64,000 nt of DNA from Candidatus Micrarchaeota archaeon (GTDB taxonomy: Archaea > Micrarchaeota > Micrarchaeia > Norongarragalinales > SBBD01). The position numbers were made by a program, and so were the translations under genes. This document shows, in pieces, positions 10,162-18,180 of this stretch; the first letter of the stretch is position 1, and each line of letters begins with the position of its first letter. The notes beneath the pieces were generated by a model. It searched no databases. It was not told the origin of the DNA and saw only the letters and a program-made list of their open reading frames with translations. The DNA is taken from contig JAHJQN010000004.1 in assembly GCA_018819225.1 (NCBI GenBank), positions 273,715 to 337,714 on the forward strand, written 5' to 3'.

Positions 10162-10533
10162 TTAACGCGGATGAATGAAAATGCCTGCCGCGATAAAAAT
10201 TACTCCAATGACGAGATTAACGAGCGCGCCTTGCATGTACGCATTATTGACTTTGGCAATGCTTTGCCCTACTAACGAGCGCGCTTGCTGGCTCGTCGCC
10301 GCAATCTCGGAGGGAGTAAGCCCTTGCATGGCCGCTAACTCTTCCTGCTGGTTCAGGGTTTCCTCCAAACCCATCATGGCTACCTCGCTCTGCGCCGTGC
10401 TGACCATCAGCTGATTCACTTGAGCGAGAGCGAGTACGAGACCTCCGACTCCAAAAAGAATCAGGGCATATGAAAGCGCTTTCTTATTCATTTCCAACCA
10501 CCTACTAGAAGCATATCGTAAGAAATAGAGCAA
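10162..10533 (-). CDS. small membrane protein, hypothetical
   Basis: N- and C-terminal hydrophobic helices. Confidence 0.35.
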   Translation of the reverse strand: MLYFLRYASSRWLEMNKKALSYALILFGVGGLVLALAQVNQLMVSTAQSEVAMMGLEETLNQQEELAAMQGLTPSEIAATSQQARSLVGQSIAKVNNAYMQGALVNLVIGVIFIAAGIFIHPR

Positions 10534-10579
10534 GAACAGGTTTAAAACGGCTCCGGAAACCCTTAACCATAAGTCCGGT

Positions 10580-13423
10580 TTACTCCATGTTTAAGTCGGG
10601 GAAGAAGGAATTCGGGGGTTCCGGAGGTTCCTCGATGATTTGAGACGGTCGCGTCGAAACATAAACCGCAATGACAACAATGAGGAGGATACCCAACAAC
10701 CAAATGTATGCATTGGAAGATGCTTTCGAGCTGCGTATGCGATTCAAAGCCACTTGAATTTTCTCTTTCGCACGTTCCCAAATCGATTGAGCTTCAACGG
10801 TTTTCCCTTGCTCTTCCAACTGTTGAGCTTGCAAAATCAATTGCTCAATCTCCTGCGTATCCTCGTTATTTTCATTCAATTCTTGAACCGCTTTCTTCAC
10901 GTCTTGATCATCCACTAAAGAAAACGGCATCCATTCCGTGGGCGTTACATACGGCGTCGGATGGATCAGTTGAGAACGGGGAGTCGGAGAACCCGCCATA
11001 GGAGGGCCGGTATAGTCTCCCGAATTTCCTCCGTTATAACTACCCCCGTTCGCATAGGGGGGCGGGCACTCCCCACAATCCGATTTACACGTACGACACG
11101 TTTCGCCCGCATCGGAATTGCATATTCCATCTCCACACGATGGTACGGGAGTCGGAGTCGCAGAACACGTACCCGTACAACACACTCCAAAACTGCAGAA
11201 CCCGCTTGAATCTGCAATGCATGAATCGTAATTGGCGCAATCGACAAGGCAGGTACCCCCTACGTCTTCACAAGAAGTCGGCAAGACCGGATCACCCAAA
11301 CCCGTAGGAACATAATCCAAATCCGATGTAAGCAACAAACGATCCAACCAGGTTCCATCCTCCCGGTTTCGAATCGTCAACGTATGCTCGCCAGCGGCCA
11401 ATGAAAATAACAAGGGATCAATGTCCGGATCGCGACTATTAGCAAGATCCCATACGTAAATCGTTCCATCCGCGGAAGGCGTGTCCCACGTGTACTCGGT
11501 CTGATCGTCCATGGTCACGTAAAAGCTGTTGGAAGCAGTGGAAGGCGATTTAACGCGTCCCCACAAATAAAAGTCTCCGAACCCCGGTATATAGAAATCG
11601 TACGAAATGGTTCCCACGTAATTGCCTTGATCTTCGGGAACAACCGCGTAATGCTCATTTGAAGACATCACATGTTCAACAATGTCCCAAACGCCGTCCG
11701 TTGAATCAAAATCTTCTCCTTCAATCCAAAGGAAAACATCGTCCCCGGACGGCGGTGGAGTCGGGGTAATTGTCGGAATCGGACAATCACCGGTACAACA
11801 AACACCTGAATCACAAAAACCATCCGTATCCAAGGTGCATAAATCATGATTCGAACATGCATCCAAACACTGACCGCCGATAGCCTCGCACGAATCCATG
11901 GGAGGCGGAGTCGGCGTCACCGTCGGAACCGTGCACGCTCCCACGCAGCATAAGCCCGAATCACAAAAGCCGTCTGGCTGCCAATTGCAATCATCGAAAT
12001 CATTGCAATTCAACAAACAACTTCCGCCAAAATCCCCGCACGGAACCTCCGCTCCGCTTCCTTCACAATACTCGAACGCCCCAATGTCCACTCGGCCATC
12101 ACACGAAGAAGGATAAGACGGATCGCCGGAATCGCGGGCGGGACTGTTAGGTAAAATATGGAAATCATCCGTCGACGCATCCACGAACAACGGATCCCCA
12201 CTCACGGAATGAGAATCGCGACCCGTAGCCATATACTCTTCCAACGTATTGTAATCCGTTCCCGCCACATGAATAAGCGCACCCGGAGTATCACGATAGT
12301 ATAAGTTGTAATCACTATCCAAATCATTGGTGCCATAATGACTATAATAAGCGGGCTGAGAACCACTGTAAAAAATATTATTTCGTTGCAGAAGTGTGGC
12401 GCCCGAACGTTGATAACTCTTCACCGCGGATAAATCATCCGTATAAATCGTATTACCCGTCATCACCAACGATTTCTGCCAAATAATTATTCCGAGACCG
12501 GTTGCATGACACACATTATCCACGAAATTGTCGGTCCAAGTCGGTTGGCTCACCGAAGCCGCTGAATGCGAATAGCATACTTGTGCATAAATCGTATTAT
12601 TACGCACCGTATTATCATGCGCAAGACTCATCACAGCGATTTCATTACTCCGAAACACATTCGCATTCAAATCATTATCAGTCGAATACTCCGGCCCACT
12701 GTGCCGTAAGCTGACGGACCACGACAAATCTCCGTCATTCGGAGGTAAATACGTCTGAGTAAACGAATTATTGAAAAACGTATTGAAATGCACACCCCCC
12801 AACTGAAGAATCTGCCCATTACTCCTCAGGAGCTTAACATCGTTAAATTGAAACGTATTATGATCACTTTTACTCATGAAAAAGATCATGTTGTTACCGG
12901 CCGGCGGATTCGAATCCTCTAAATAAAACGAATTACCGGAAATAAAATTCTCATCCGAACCGTCTTTTGAATTATACGCGTCTCCTAACACCAAACCCCC
13001 TGAAACCGCATTATTGATGAATCGATTACGGTCCGAATCGTATATTTCGATCGTGCCAAGAATATTTGATTTCAGCAGGCTATCATCGGTATACTGAAAT
13101 AACACACCTCCCTTTCCAGATCCTTTAATCAATTCCAGGTTCTGCACCGTCACATTCACTTGATGTTGACTTTTGATTCCATTCCCACTCACAAACGTAA
13201 TCCGCCTATGGTTTCCTTCCAAGATCACGTGATCCGCGTCGATTGTAATGCCGCCGGATGAAGACACCAAGTCAGATTCAAGCACATACAAGTGATTTGG
13301 AATGGAAATCGTATAGGGAACCGAGGTAATGCAAGTGGTGCCAGGATCGTTGCAGTTGTATGCAGAAGTCCAAGATACAAACAAGAGGAGGGATACGCCC
13401 CAAAATACACTTTGACGATTCAT
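10580..13423 (-). CDS. large secreted/surface protein: N-terminal beta-helix-like repeats, four 8-Cys modules, a ~150 aa shared domain, coiled coil and C-terminal TM anchor
   Basis: Signal peptide (MNRQSVFWGVSLLLFVSWTSA). Asn/Gly-rich repeats resemble a right-handed beta-helix. Modules CGDFGGSCLLNCNDFDDCNWQPDGFCDSGLCCVGAC, SCEAIGGQCLDACSNHDLCTLDTDGFCDSGVCCTGDC and SCEDVGGTCLVDCANYDSCIADSSGFCSFGVCCTGTC. The domain FLWIEGEDFDS...LLLTSDLDYVPTGLGDP is shared with the 58381-60468 protein. Pro/Thr linkers and a C-terminal TM segment. Confidence 0.7.
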   Translation of the reverse strand: MNRQSVFWGVSLLLFVSWTSAYNCNDPGTTCITSVPYTISIPNHLYVLESDLVSSSGGITIDADHVILEGNHRRITFVSGNGIKSQHQVNVTVQNLELIKGSGKGGVLFQYTDDSLLKSNILGTIEIYDSDRNRFINNAVSGGLVLGDAYNSKDGSDENFISGNSFYLEDSNPPAGNNMIFFMSKSDHNTFQFNDVKLLRSNGQILQLGGVHFNTFFNNSFTQTYLPPNDGDLSWSVSLRHSGPEYSTDNDLNANVFRSNEIAVMSLAHDNTVRNNTIYAQVCYSHSAASVSQPTWTDNFVDNVCHATGLGIIIWQKSLVMTGNTIYTDDLSAVKSYQRSGATLLQRNNIFYSGSQPAYYSHYGTNDLDSDYNLYYRDTPGALIHVAGTDYNTLEEYMATGRDSHSVSGDPLFVDASTDDFHILPNSPARDSGDPSYPSSCDGRVDIGAFEYCEGSGAEVPCGDFGGSCLLNCNDFDDCNWQPDGFCDSGLCCVGACTVPTVTPTPPPMDSCEAIGGQCLDACSNHDLCTLDTDGFCDSGVCCTGDCPIPTITPTPPPSGDDVFLWIEGEDFDSTDGVWDIVEHVMSSNEHYAVVPEDQGNYVGTISYDFYIPGFGDFYLWGRVKSPSTASNSFYVTMDDQTEYTWDTPSADGTIYVWDLANSRDPDIDPLLFSLAAGEHTLTIRNREDGTWLDRLLLTSDLDYVPTGLGDPVLPTSCEDVGGTCLVDCANYDSCIADSSGFCSFGVCCTGTCSATPTPVPSCGDGICNSDAGETCRTCKSDCGECPPPYANGGSYNGGNSGDYTGPPMAGSPTPRSQLIHPTPYVTPTEWMPFSLVDDQDVKKAVQELNENNEDTQEIEQLILQAQQLEEQGKTVEAQSIWERAKEKIQVALNRIRSSKASSNAYIWLLGILLIVVIAVYVSTRPSQIIEEPPEPPNSFFPDLNME

Positions 13424-13560
13424 GAATAAAATTTACCCGACGTGAGTATAAAAACGAAACGTATCAAGAACCTCATGCGGCGTGTTGGATTAGAGCCATT
13501 CAAGCAAACCTTTTCTTTTAAAAGAAAAGCCTTACCAAAAGAATATCGCAGTTCATAAGC

Positions 13561-13659
13561 GCCTCCGTAGCTCAGGGGTAGAGCGCCTGTCTTGTAGGGA
13601 TGGTTAGAAACGCGTTCCAAGAAAACAGGAGGTCGCGAGTTCAATTCTCGCCGGAGGCT
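13561..13659 (+). tRNA. tRNA-Thr(TGT) with 27-nt canonical (37/38) intron
   Basis: Hand fold: acceptor GCCTCCG/CGGAGGC, D arm GCTC-AGGGGTA-GAGC, anticodon stem CCTGT/ACAGG with loop CTTGTA|intron|A, T arm GCGAG-TTCAATT-CTCGC, discriminator T. Intron about 13597-13623. Confidence 0.8.
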
Positions 13660-13891
13660 TCCGGAAATAATTATTTTCTGTTTTTCTTTCTGGAACATGA
13701 CCTCGCCAGTTTGAGTGTGACCTTCGCCGGTTTGGCTCCAACCGTAATTGACTTGAATTCGACGCGTTGAATGAGAATTTCGTGTGCAACGCGTTTCCGC
13801 ACTGCGGGTACGCGACATCCTTTTCAATCGAACGCCATTTCCGCACAGGACTAAAAAACGGCTTTTGGGTTCGATGAGGGAAACCAGAAAC

Positions 13892-14713
13892 CTATGCCGT
13901 GTTCTGCACGCACGCGTAGTCCGCCTTGACTTCCTCAGGGGAGAGAGCGCGGCTATAGAGCACGACCTGGTCCACGTCGCCGATGTCAAATCCATCGAAC
14001 AGCACGTTGAACGGATAGTTCTCGTTGTGGTCGGGAATCCAGTCCGTTCCAGGGTATGCTTGCGTGGCATCTTGCATGCCGTCCAAGTATAAGGAAACGG
14101 TGTCGGCGTCAAAGTCATAGGTTAAGGCAATATGGTGCCATTGGTTGATTGAAATGACGGTATTTCCAACGAGAGCTGTTCCCGTCACTCCAACGATTGC
14201 GCCAGCGAGTTTCCCATCAACTGATCCGAGGATATACTCGTCCACGAGGGCGACAAAGCTTGCGCTCCCGCCGGCATGTGGTGCCAAGGGATGAATCCAT
14301 GCCTCTATTGTAAATGATCGTTCGTTGAGGTAGAGCGATTCGTCTCGAGGAACGTCCACTGAAGCGTAGTCGAATCCTGCCCCGGTTTCAAGGTGTATTC
14401 CGTTGCCGGATATCCCTGGAACCCAATAGGGGTTCGGCGCGTTCCCATGGACGGTCATCACGCCGTCGCTTCCGCCTGTCGAATCCTTGGCCGTCGCACC
14501 GACTCCTTCGTCGAACTTCCACCAGTGAGCCGGCCTTTCCCCCATATACGTCGGAAGGCACGTGAGGCTATTGAACACGCCGAGATTGCTTTCAATGCCC
14601 TGCTTTCCGGCAAAGAGCGTGCTCCTGAGAATGATAAACGTCAGGGCGACAATAAGCAGAACGCCTGCCACAAGCAGAACGTACTCAAAGGCACCCTGCC
14701 CGCGTTTCAGCAT
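13892..14713 (-). CDS. archaeal type IV pilin-like protein with LamG/concanavalin-like domain
   Basis: N-terminus KRGQGAFEYVLLVAGVLLIVAL is a class III (prepilin-type) signal. Downstream is a LamG-like jelly-roll pattern (TIEAWIHP...WHHIALTYD...LYLDG). Confidence 0.55.
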   Translation of the reverse strand: MLKRGQGAFEYVLLVAGVLLIVALTFIILRSTLFAGKQGIESNLGVFNSLTCLPTYMGERPAHWWKFDEGVGATAKDSTGGSDGVMTVHGNAPNPYWVPGISGNGIHLETGAGFDYASVDVPRDESLYLNERSFTIEAWIHPLAPHAGGSASFVALVDEYILGSVDGKLAGAIVGVTGTALVGNTVISINQWHHIALTYDFDADTVSLYLDGMQDATQAYPGTDWIPDHNENYPFNVLFDGFDIGDVDQVVLYSRALSPEEVKADYACVQNTA

Positions 14714-14863
14714 GCATTCGGTAATGGGTCAGACGCTTTTTATACTTAATCTCGCCAGTATGAGCTTTGTCAAGGAGAAAACCATCGAAAAAACAATAGA
14801 AAGAGTCAGATCCCGTGAAAGGGAGGCGGCTCATGTGAGCCGCCTAGAAAAAAGAAAAAAAGG

Positions 14864-16675
14864 TTATTTCTTCTTGCCGCTCTGCTGACTGTAATAGTAG
14901 TATCCCACTATGGCCACGAGAATCACAACGACAATGATCCAAATCGCGTAGTCAGGTCCAGCAGCTGCTGCCGGAGCAGCCGCCACCCCACCCGTTGAAG
15001 CGGGGCGTTGCGTCGGAATGGCCGTCGGCTTTACCCCATCATCTGCAGGAGTGGTTGCCGCTTTCGTCGAAGGCGCTTGGAACTCCTCCAATACGCTTTC
15101 ATCAACGCCCTTGCGGACCGTTACATCCGCTTTGAATTCCTGGTTCGCAGCCAAATTGACATCCCACACGGCGATCAGACTACCTTCTTCCACATGCGAA
15201 GGAGCCGGACTCAATGAAATGACTCCGCTCACGTAGTCCGCGTAATCGAAAGGCAATCGGAACGAAACCGTTCCACGGAAAGCGCTCGTGGGCTTGTACG
15301 ACAAGGTGAACGTGGCACGCGAGGCGCCAAACGATCCCTTAACGGATGCACCAGAGCCAATGGTCTTTGTCGACGAACTCAATTCAGGTTCTTCCTCGTC
15401 TTCAGGTTGAACCGAAGGAGCCGATGTCGGAACAGGCGTGGACGTCGAAGTCGAGCAGTCCGGATCCGTTCTTCGGGCGCGTACACATAACTCGTTGCAA
15501 CTTCCGTCGTCAGCACAAGAGGTGGAAAGACCCAAGCAATAGCCTGACGGACAATATGATCCAACCGGACATTGGGTATCCAACGTGCAAGTAACTCCGG
15601 AAGATCCTCCGGTAGGCGTCGGGGTTCCAGAAGACGTGCAGTTGCCAACCGTCATGATGGTTGCGTTGATCGCAAGAATGTGTTCAGAGTACACGGAGAT
15701 GTTGGCTTGACCCGTAGAAATACCGGTACCGTTAATGATCACGGCCGTCGTACCATTTCCAGAATAAACGGTAGCCACGTTCGTGTCATTGGAAGCCCAG
15801 TAAAACTCACCCGTCGTATTCGTATTACCTTGCGCGTCCAATCCATACGCCCCAATCGGCGTCGGAATCGAACAGCCCCCGATATTGAAATACGCTTGCG
15901 TGTTGTTAACGTATACCAAGGTAATATTGCCTGCAGTAACCGTTACAACCGTCGAGTTGGTCGCAGACGCGTTATCCGCATGGAACACCGTAATCAATGC
16001 CTGCCCCACCAACGTCCCGTTGACGGTCACCTCCAGCGAATTGTTACCAGCAGTCACTTCAGAAACCGTGGATGCGTTCGAAGACCAGTCCAAATTAGTC
16101 GTGCTGTTGACGTTACCATACTGGTCCAAAACAGATGCTAAAATGCGGCTGGAATTCCCTGCGGTAACATTTAACGCGGTAACGTTAACGTTTATGGAGT
16201 ACGCGTTGCCTGCCGTGGCCGTATACGTACCGGTACCACTATCCACGAGATCCGTACTCGGGGTGTCCGTCATGTTATAGGTATAAGCGGCAAGCGTGTG
16301 CAAACCGGTGGTCGTGTTAATAGTAATACCAGCAATCTCCAGCGACACATTCGTGTCTGCTGCAAAACTGGTGTTGGCGAAGTTGTAGGTCACGTTTTGG
16401 CCGCTTACGGCTACCGTACCCGAGCTGGGGATGGTAATTGTTGAAATTACGCTGGCACCGGAGACGGTATAACCAGTCGGGAATTCGACGGTAATGTTAG
16501 ACATATTCAAATGCGCGGTAGGTACGTCAAGCGTAATGTTGAACGCGACATCGCTCGTTCCAACAACCGTGGAGTTGGGGGTCACGTTCACGGCAGTCAA
16601 GGCTGCAGCCGAAGAAAATGAGGCGAGGGTGACTAGCATTAACGAAAACAAAAACACTTTGAACAATGGATTCAT
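14864..16675 (-). CDS. surface glycoprotein candidate (repeated Ig-like beta domains, many N-x-S/T sequons, C-terminal TM anchor)
   Basis: Signal peptide and Thr/Asn/Val-rich repeats with at least 30 NxT/NxS sequons. Cys-rich knot near residue 360, Pro/Thr linker, and a C-terminal WIIVVVILVAIVGYYYY + KKK anchor. Confidence 0.6.
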   Translation of the reverse strand: MNPLFKVFLFSLMLVTLASFSSAAALTAVNVTPNSTVVGTSDVAFNITLDVPTAHLNMSNITVEFPTGYTVSGASVISTITIPSSGTVAVSGQNVTYNFANTSFAADTNVSLEIAGITINTTTGLHTLAAYTYNMTDTPSTDLVDSGTGTYTATAGNAYSINVNVTALNVTAGNSSRILASVLDQYGNVNSTTNLDWSSNASTVSEVTAGNNSLEVTVNGTLVGQALITVFHADNASATNSTVVTVTAGNITLVYVNNTQAYFNIGGCSIPTPIGAYGLDAQGNTNTTGEFYWASNDTNVATVYSGNGTTAVIINGTGISTGQANISVYSEHILAINATIMTVGNCTSSGTPTPTGGSSGVTCTLDTQCPVGSYCPSGYCLGLSTSCADDGSCNELCVRARRTDPDCSTSTSTPVPTSAPSVQPEDEEEPELSSSTKTIGSGASVKGSFGASRATFTLSYKPTSAFRGTVSFRLPFDYADYVSGVISLSPAPSHVEEGSLIAVWDVNLAANQEFKADVTVRKGVDESVLEEFQAPSTKAATTPADDGVKPTAIPTQRPASTGGVAAAPAAAAGPDYAIWIIVVVILVAIVGYYYYSQQSGKKK

Positions 16676-16850
16676 AGTATAACATCACCTACGGATTGTT
16701 AGAGTGAGAAAGTGTCAAGGCCTATAAAAGCATTTGCATTGCAAATAGCAGGACGTGTAGCCTCCAACATCCCCGTCGAATAACCCATTCCATTAAACGC
16801 AATAGATTAAAATAGAGGTTAAATAGAAGAAGTTAAGAAGGTGATTACGA

Positions 16851-17081
16851 ATGGCGCGAATGATTATTCACGAGGCAAAAGGTCCCGTGGAACTCAGAGT
16901 AGGGAATGAAAGCAAGTGGATTTGTAAATGCGGTTTGTCCAAAAACACGCCGTACTGTGACGGATCGCATAAAAAGACGGCCGATGAACCCGAAGGAAAA
17001 GTATTCAAATACGCTGAGGATGGGACGAGGAAAGAAGTCTGGCAGGAAGGGAGTAACCGAAAAGCTATTGCAAGTGCTTGA
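16851..17081 (+). CDS. CDGSH iron-sulfur domain protein
   Basis: [16 protein letters not shown] matches the C-x-C-x2-S-x3-P-x-CDGSH signature. Confidence 0.7.
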   Translation: MARMIIHEAKGPVELRVGNESKWICKCGLSKNTPYCDGSHKKTADEPEGKVFKYAEDGTRKEVWQEGSNRKAIASA

Positions 17082-17796
17082 CCTTCGGGAATTCTTTCAC
17101 GCCCACTTCTCGGTCAATAACGAAAGGAACCATGTCGCCCACTTGGCATTGCTCCATGATCGGGGAAACGAATTCCTTCTCCTTTTCGCTTCGCGTGACG
17201 TCGAATCCGGAAGCCAACGGTGAAAGCGAAGGCAGTACGATCAGCGTTTGATCGCGGTACTTCCCGCGCAGCAAGCACTTGAACTTGTGCGCCACGCCTA
17301 TTTCATCGCGTATGCTGACCGCGGGATGCACGTGACCGATGACCAGCGTGTGAAACGGTTTCCAGCGCCTGAAGCCCGGGTAATCGCTCAAAAGCCGGTG
17401 CCCGTGAACGAACAAATATCCGGATTCTTGATACGCGTCCACAAGCCTCATTTCCTGATCGCGAAGAATCTTTCCAAGAAACGCATCGTGATTTCCGCGG
17501 ACGAAAATCGTTTGAACGCGCTTGGACTTCAGAAACCGGAGCAACGACAACACTTCTTCCCACTCCTGTTGATGCGGACGCGAAAAATGGTGTTTCACGT
17601 CCCCATTGATCAGAACGCGCTTCGCATGCGTCGCGCGAAGCATATCGCGCAAAGCAACTTCCACTTCAGCATATTGAGAAACCGGGACGTGGATGCCTTG
17701 CGCTTGCAGTACCGCCTCGTATCCAAACTGCAGATCCGAAATCGCGAGCAGATCCATCTCCTCAAAAAAGACGCCCGCCTGTTGGAGAACCCGCAT
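17065..17796 (-). CDS. metallophosphoesterase (calcineurin-like)
   Basis: Motifs D-x-H...GDVKHH...GNHD...GHVH. Confidence 0.7.
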   Translation of the reverse strand: MRVLQQAGVFFEEMDLLAISDLQFGYEAVLQAQGIHVPVSQYAEVEVALRDMLRATHAKRVLINGDVKHHFSRPHQQEWEEVLSLLRFLKSKRVQTIFVRGNHDAFLGKILRDQEMRLVDAYQESGYLFVHGHRLLSDYPGFRRWKPFHTLVIGHVHPAVSIRDEIGVAHKFKCLLRGKYRDQTLIVLPSLSPLASGFDVTRSEKEKEFVSPIMEQCQVGDMVPFVIDREVGVKEFPKVKHLQ

Positions 17797-18180
17797 TCAG
17801 TGATCCACCTCCTTCACCAAAGCGCGCACGCGTTTCTCGAGTTCGTCGCGCGTTTGCCGATAGCTATCCAGACGGCCATACGGACAACCCACATCCCATT
17901 CCGCAACGTGGGAACCCTTCACTTCAAACCTCGCGCCGCCCATGACAATGACGTTATACGCGGCCGAAAGCAGGTGTGGAGTCAACCGGCGCGGGACGTG
18001 GGCACGAACATCCAACCCCCGTTCCTTCATCACGACAACCACTTCCGGTTTAATGGAGGAAGAGGGATCCATGCCCGCGCTCTCCGCACGCGAATGCCGA
18101 GCCCATTGATTGAAAAATGCCTCGGCCATCGGACTCCGAATCCCGTTATGCGAGCAAACGAATAAGACGATGCGTTTCTT
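17797..18180 (-). CDS. low-molecular-weight protein-tyrosine phosphatase / ArsC-like
   Basis: CSHNGIRSPMAEA is the P-loop C-x5-R(S/T) of the LMW-PTP/ArsC family. The start is probably MKKRIV. Confidence 0.65.
   Translation of the reverse strand, partial: KKRIVLFVCSHNGIRSPMAEAFFNQWARHSRAESAGMDPSSSIKPEVVVVMKERGLDVRAHVPRRLTPHLLSAAYNVIVMGGARFEVKGSHVAEWDVGCPYGRLDSYRQTRDELEKRVRALVKEVDH

Noticed and set aside
13420-14118. ORFs 13420-14118(-) and 13604-13846(-) reading through the tRNA-Thr(TGT) gene
   Set aside because: They overlap a well-folded tRNA and its promoter and have Arg/Ser-rich low-complexity translations with no motifs. Spurious.
15572-16141. 189 aa Arg-rich ORF antisense within the surface glycoprotein gene
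   Set aside because: Antisense artefact of the Thr/Asn/Val-rich coding strand.
17248-18165. 305 aa plus-strand ORF antisense to the metallophosphoesterase and LMW-PTP genes
   Set aside because: Arg/His-rich translation typical of an antisense frame; the opposite-strand genes have clear catalytic motifs.
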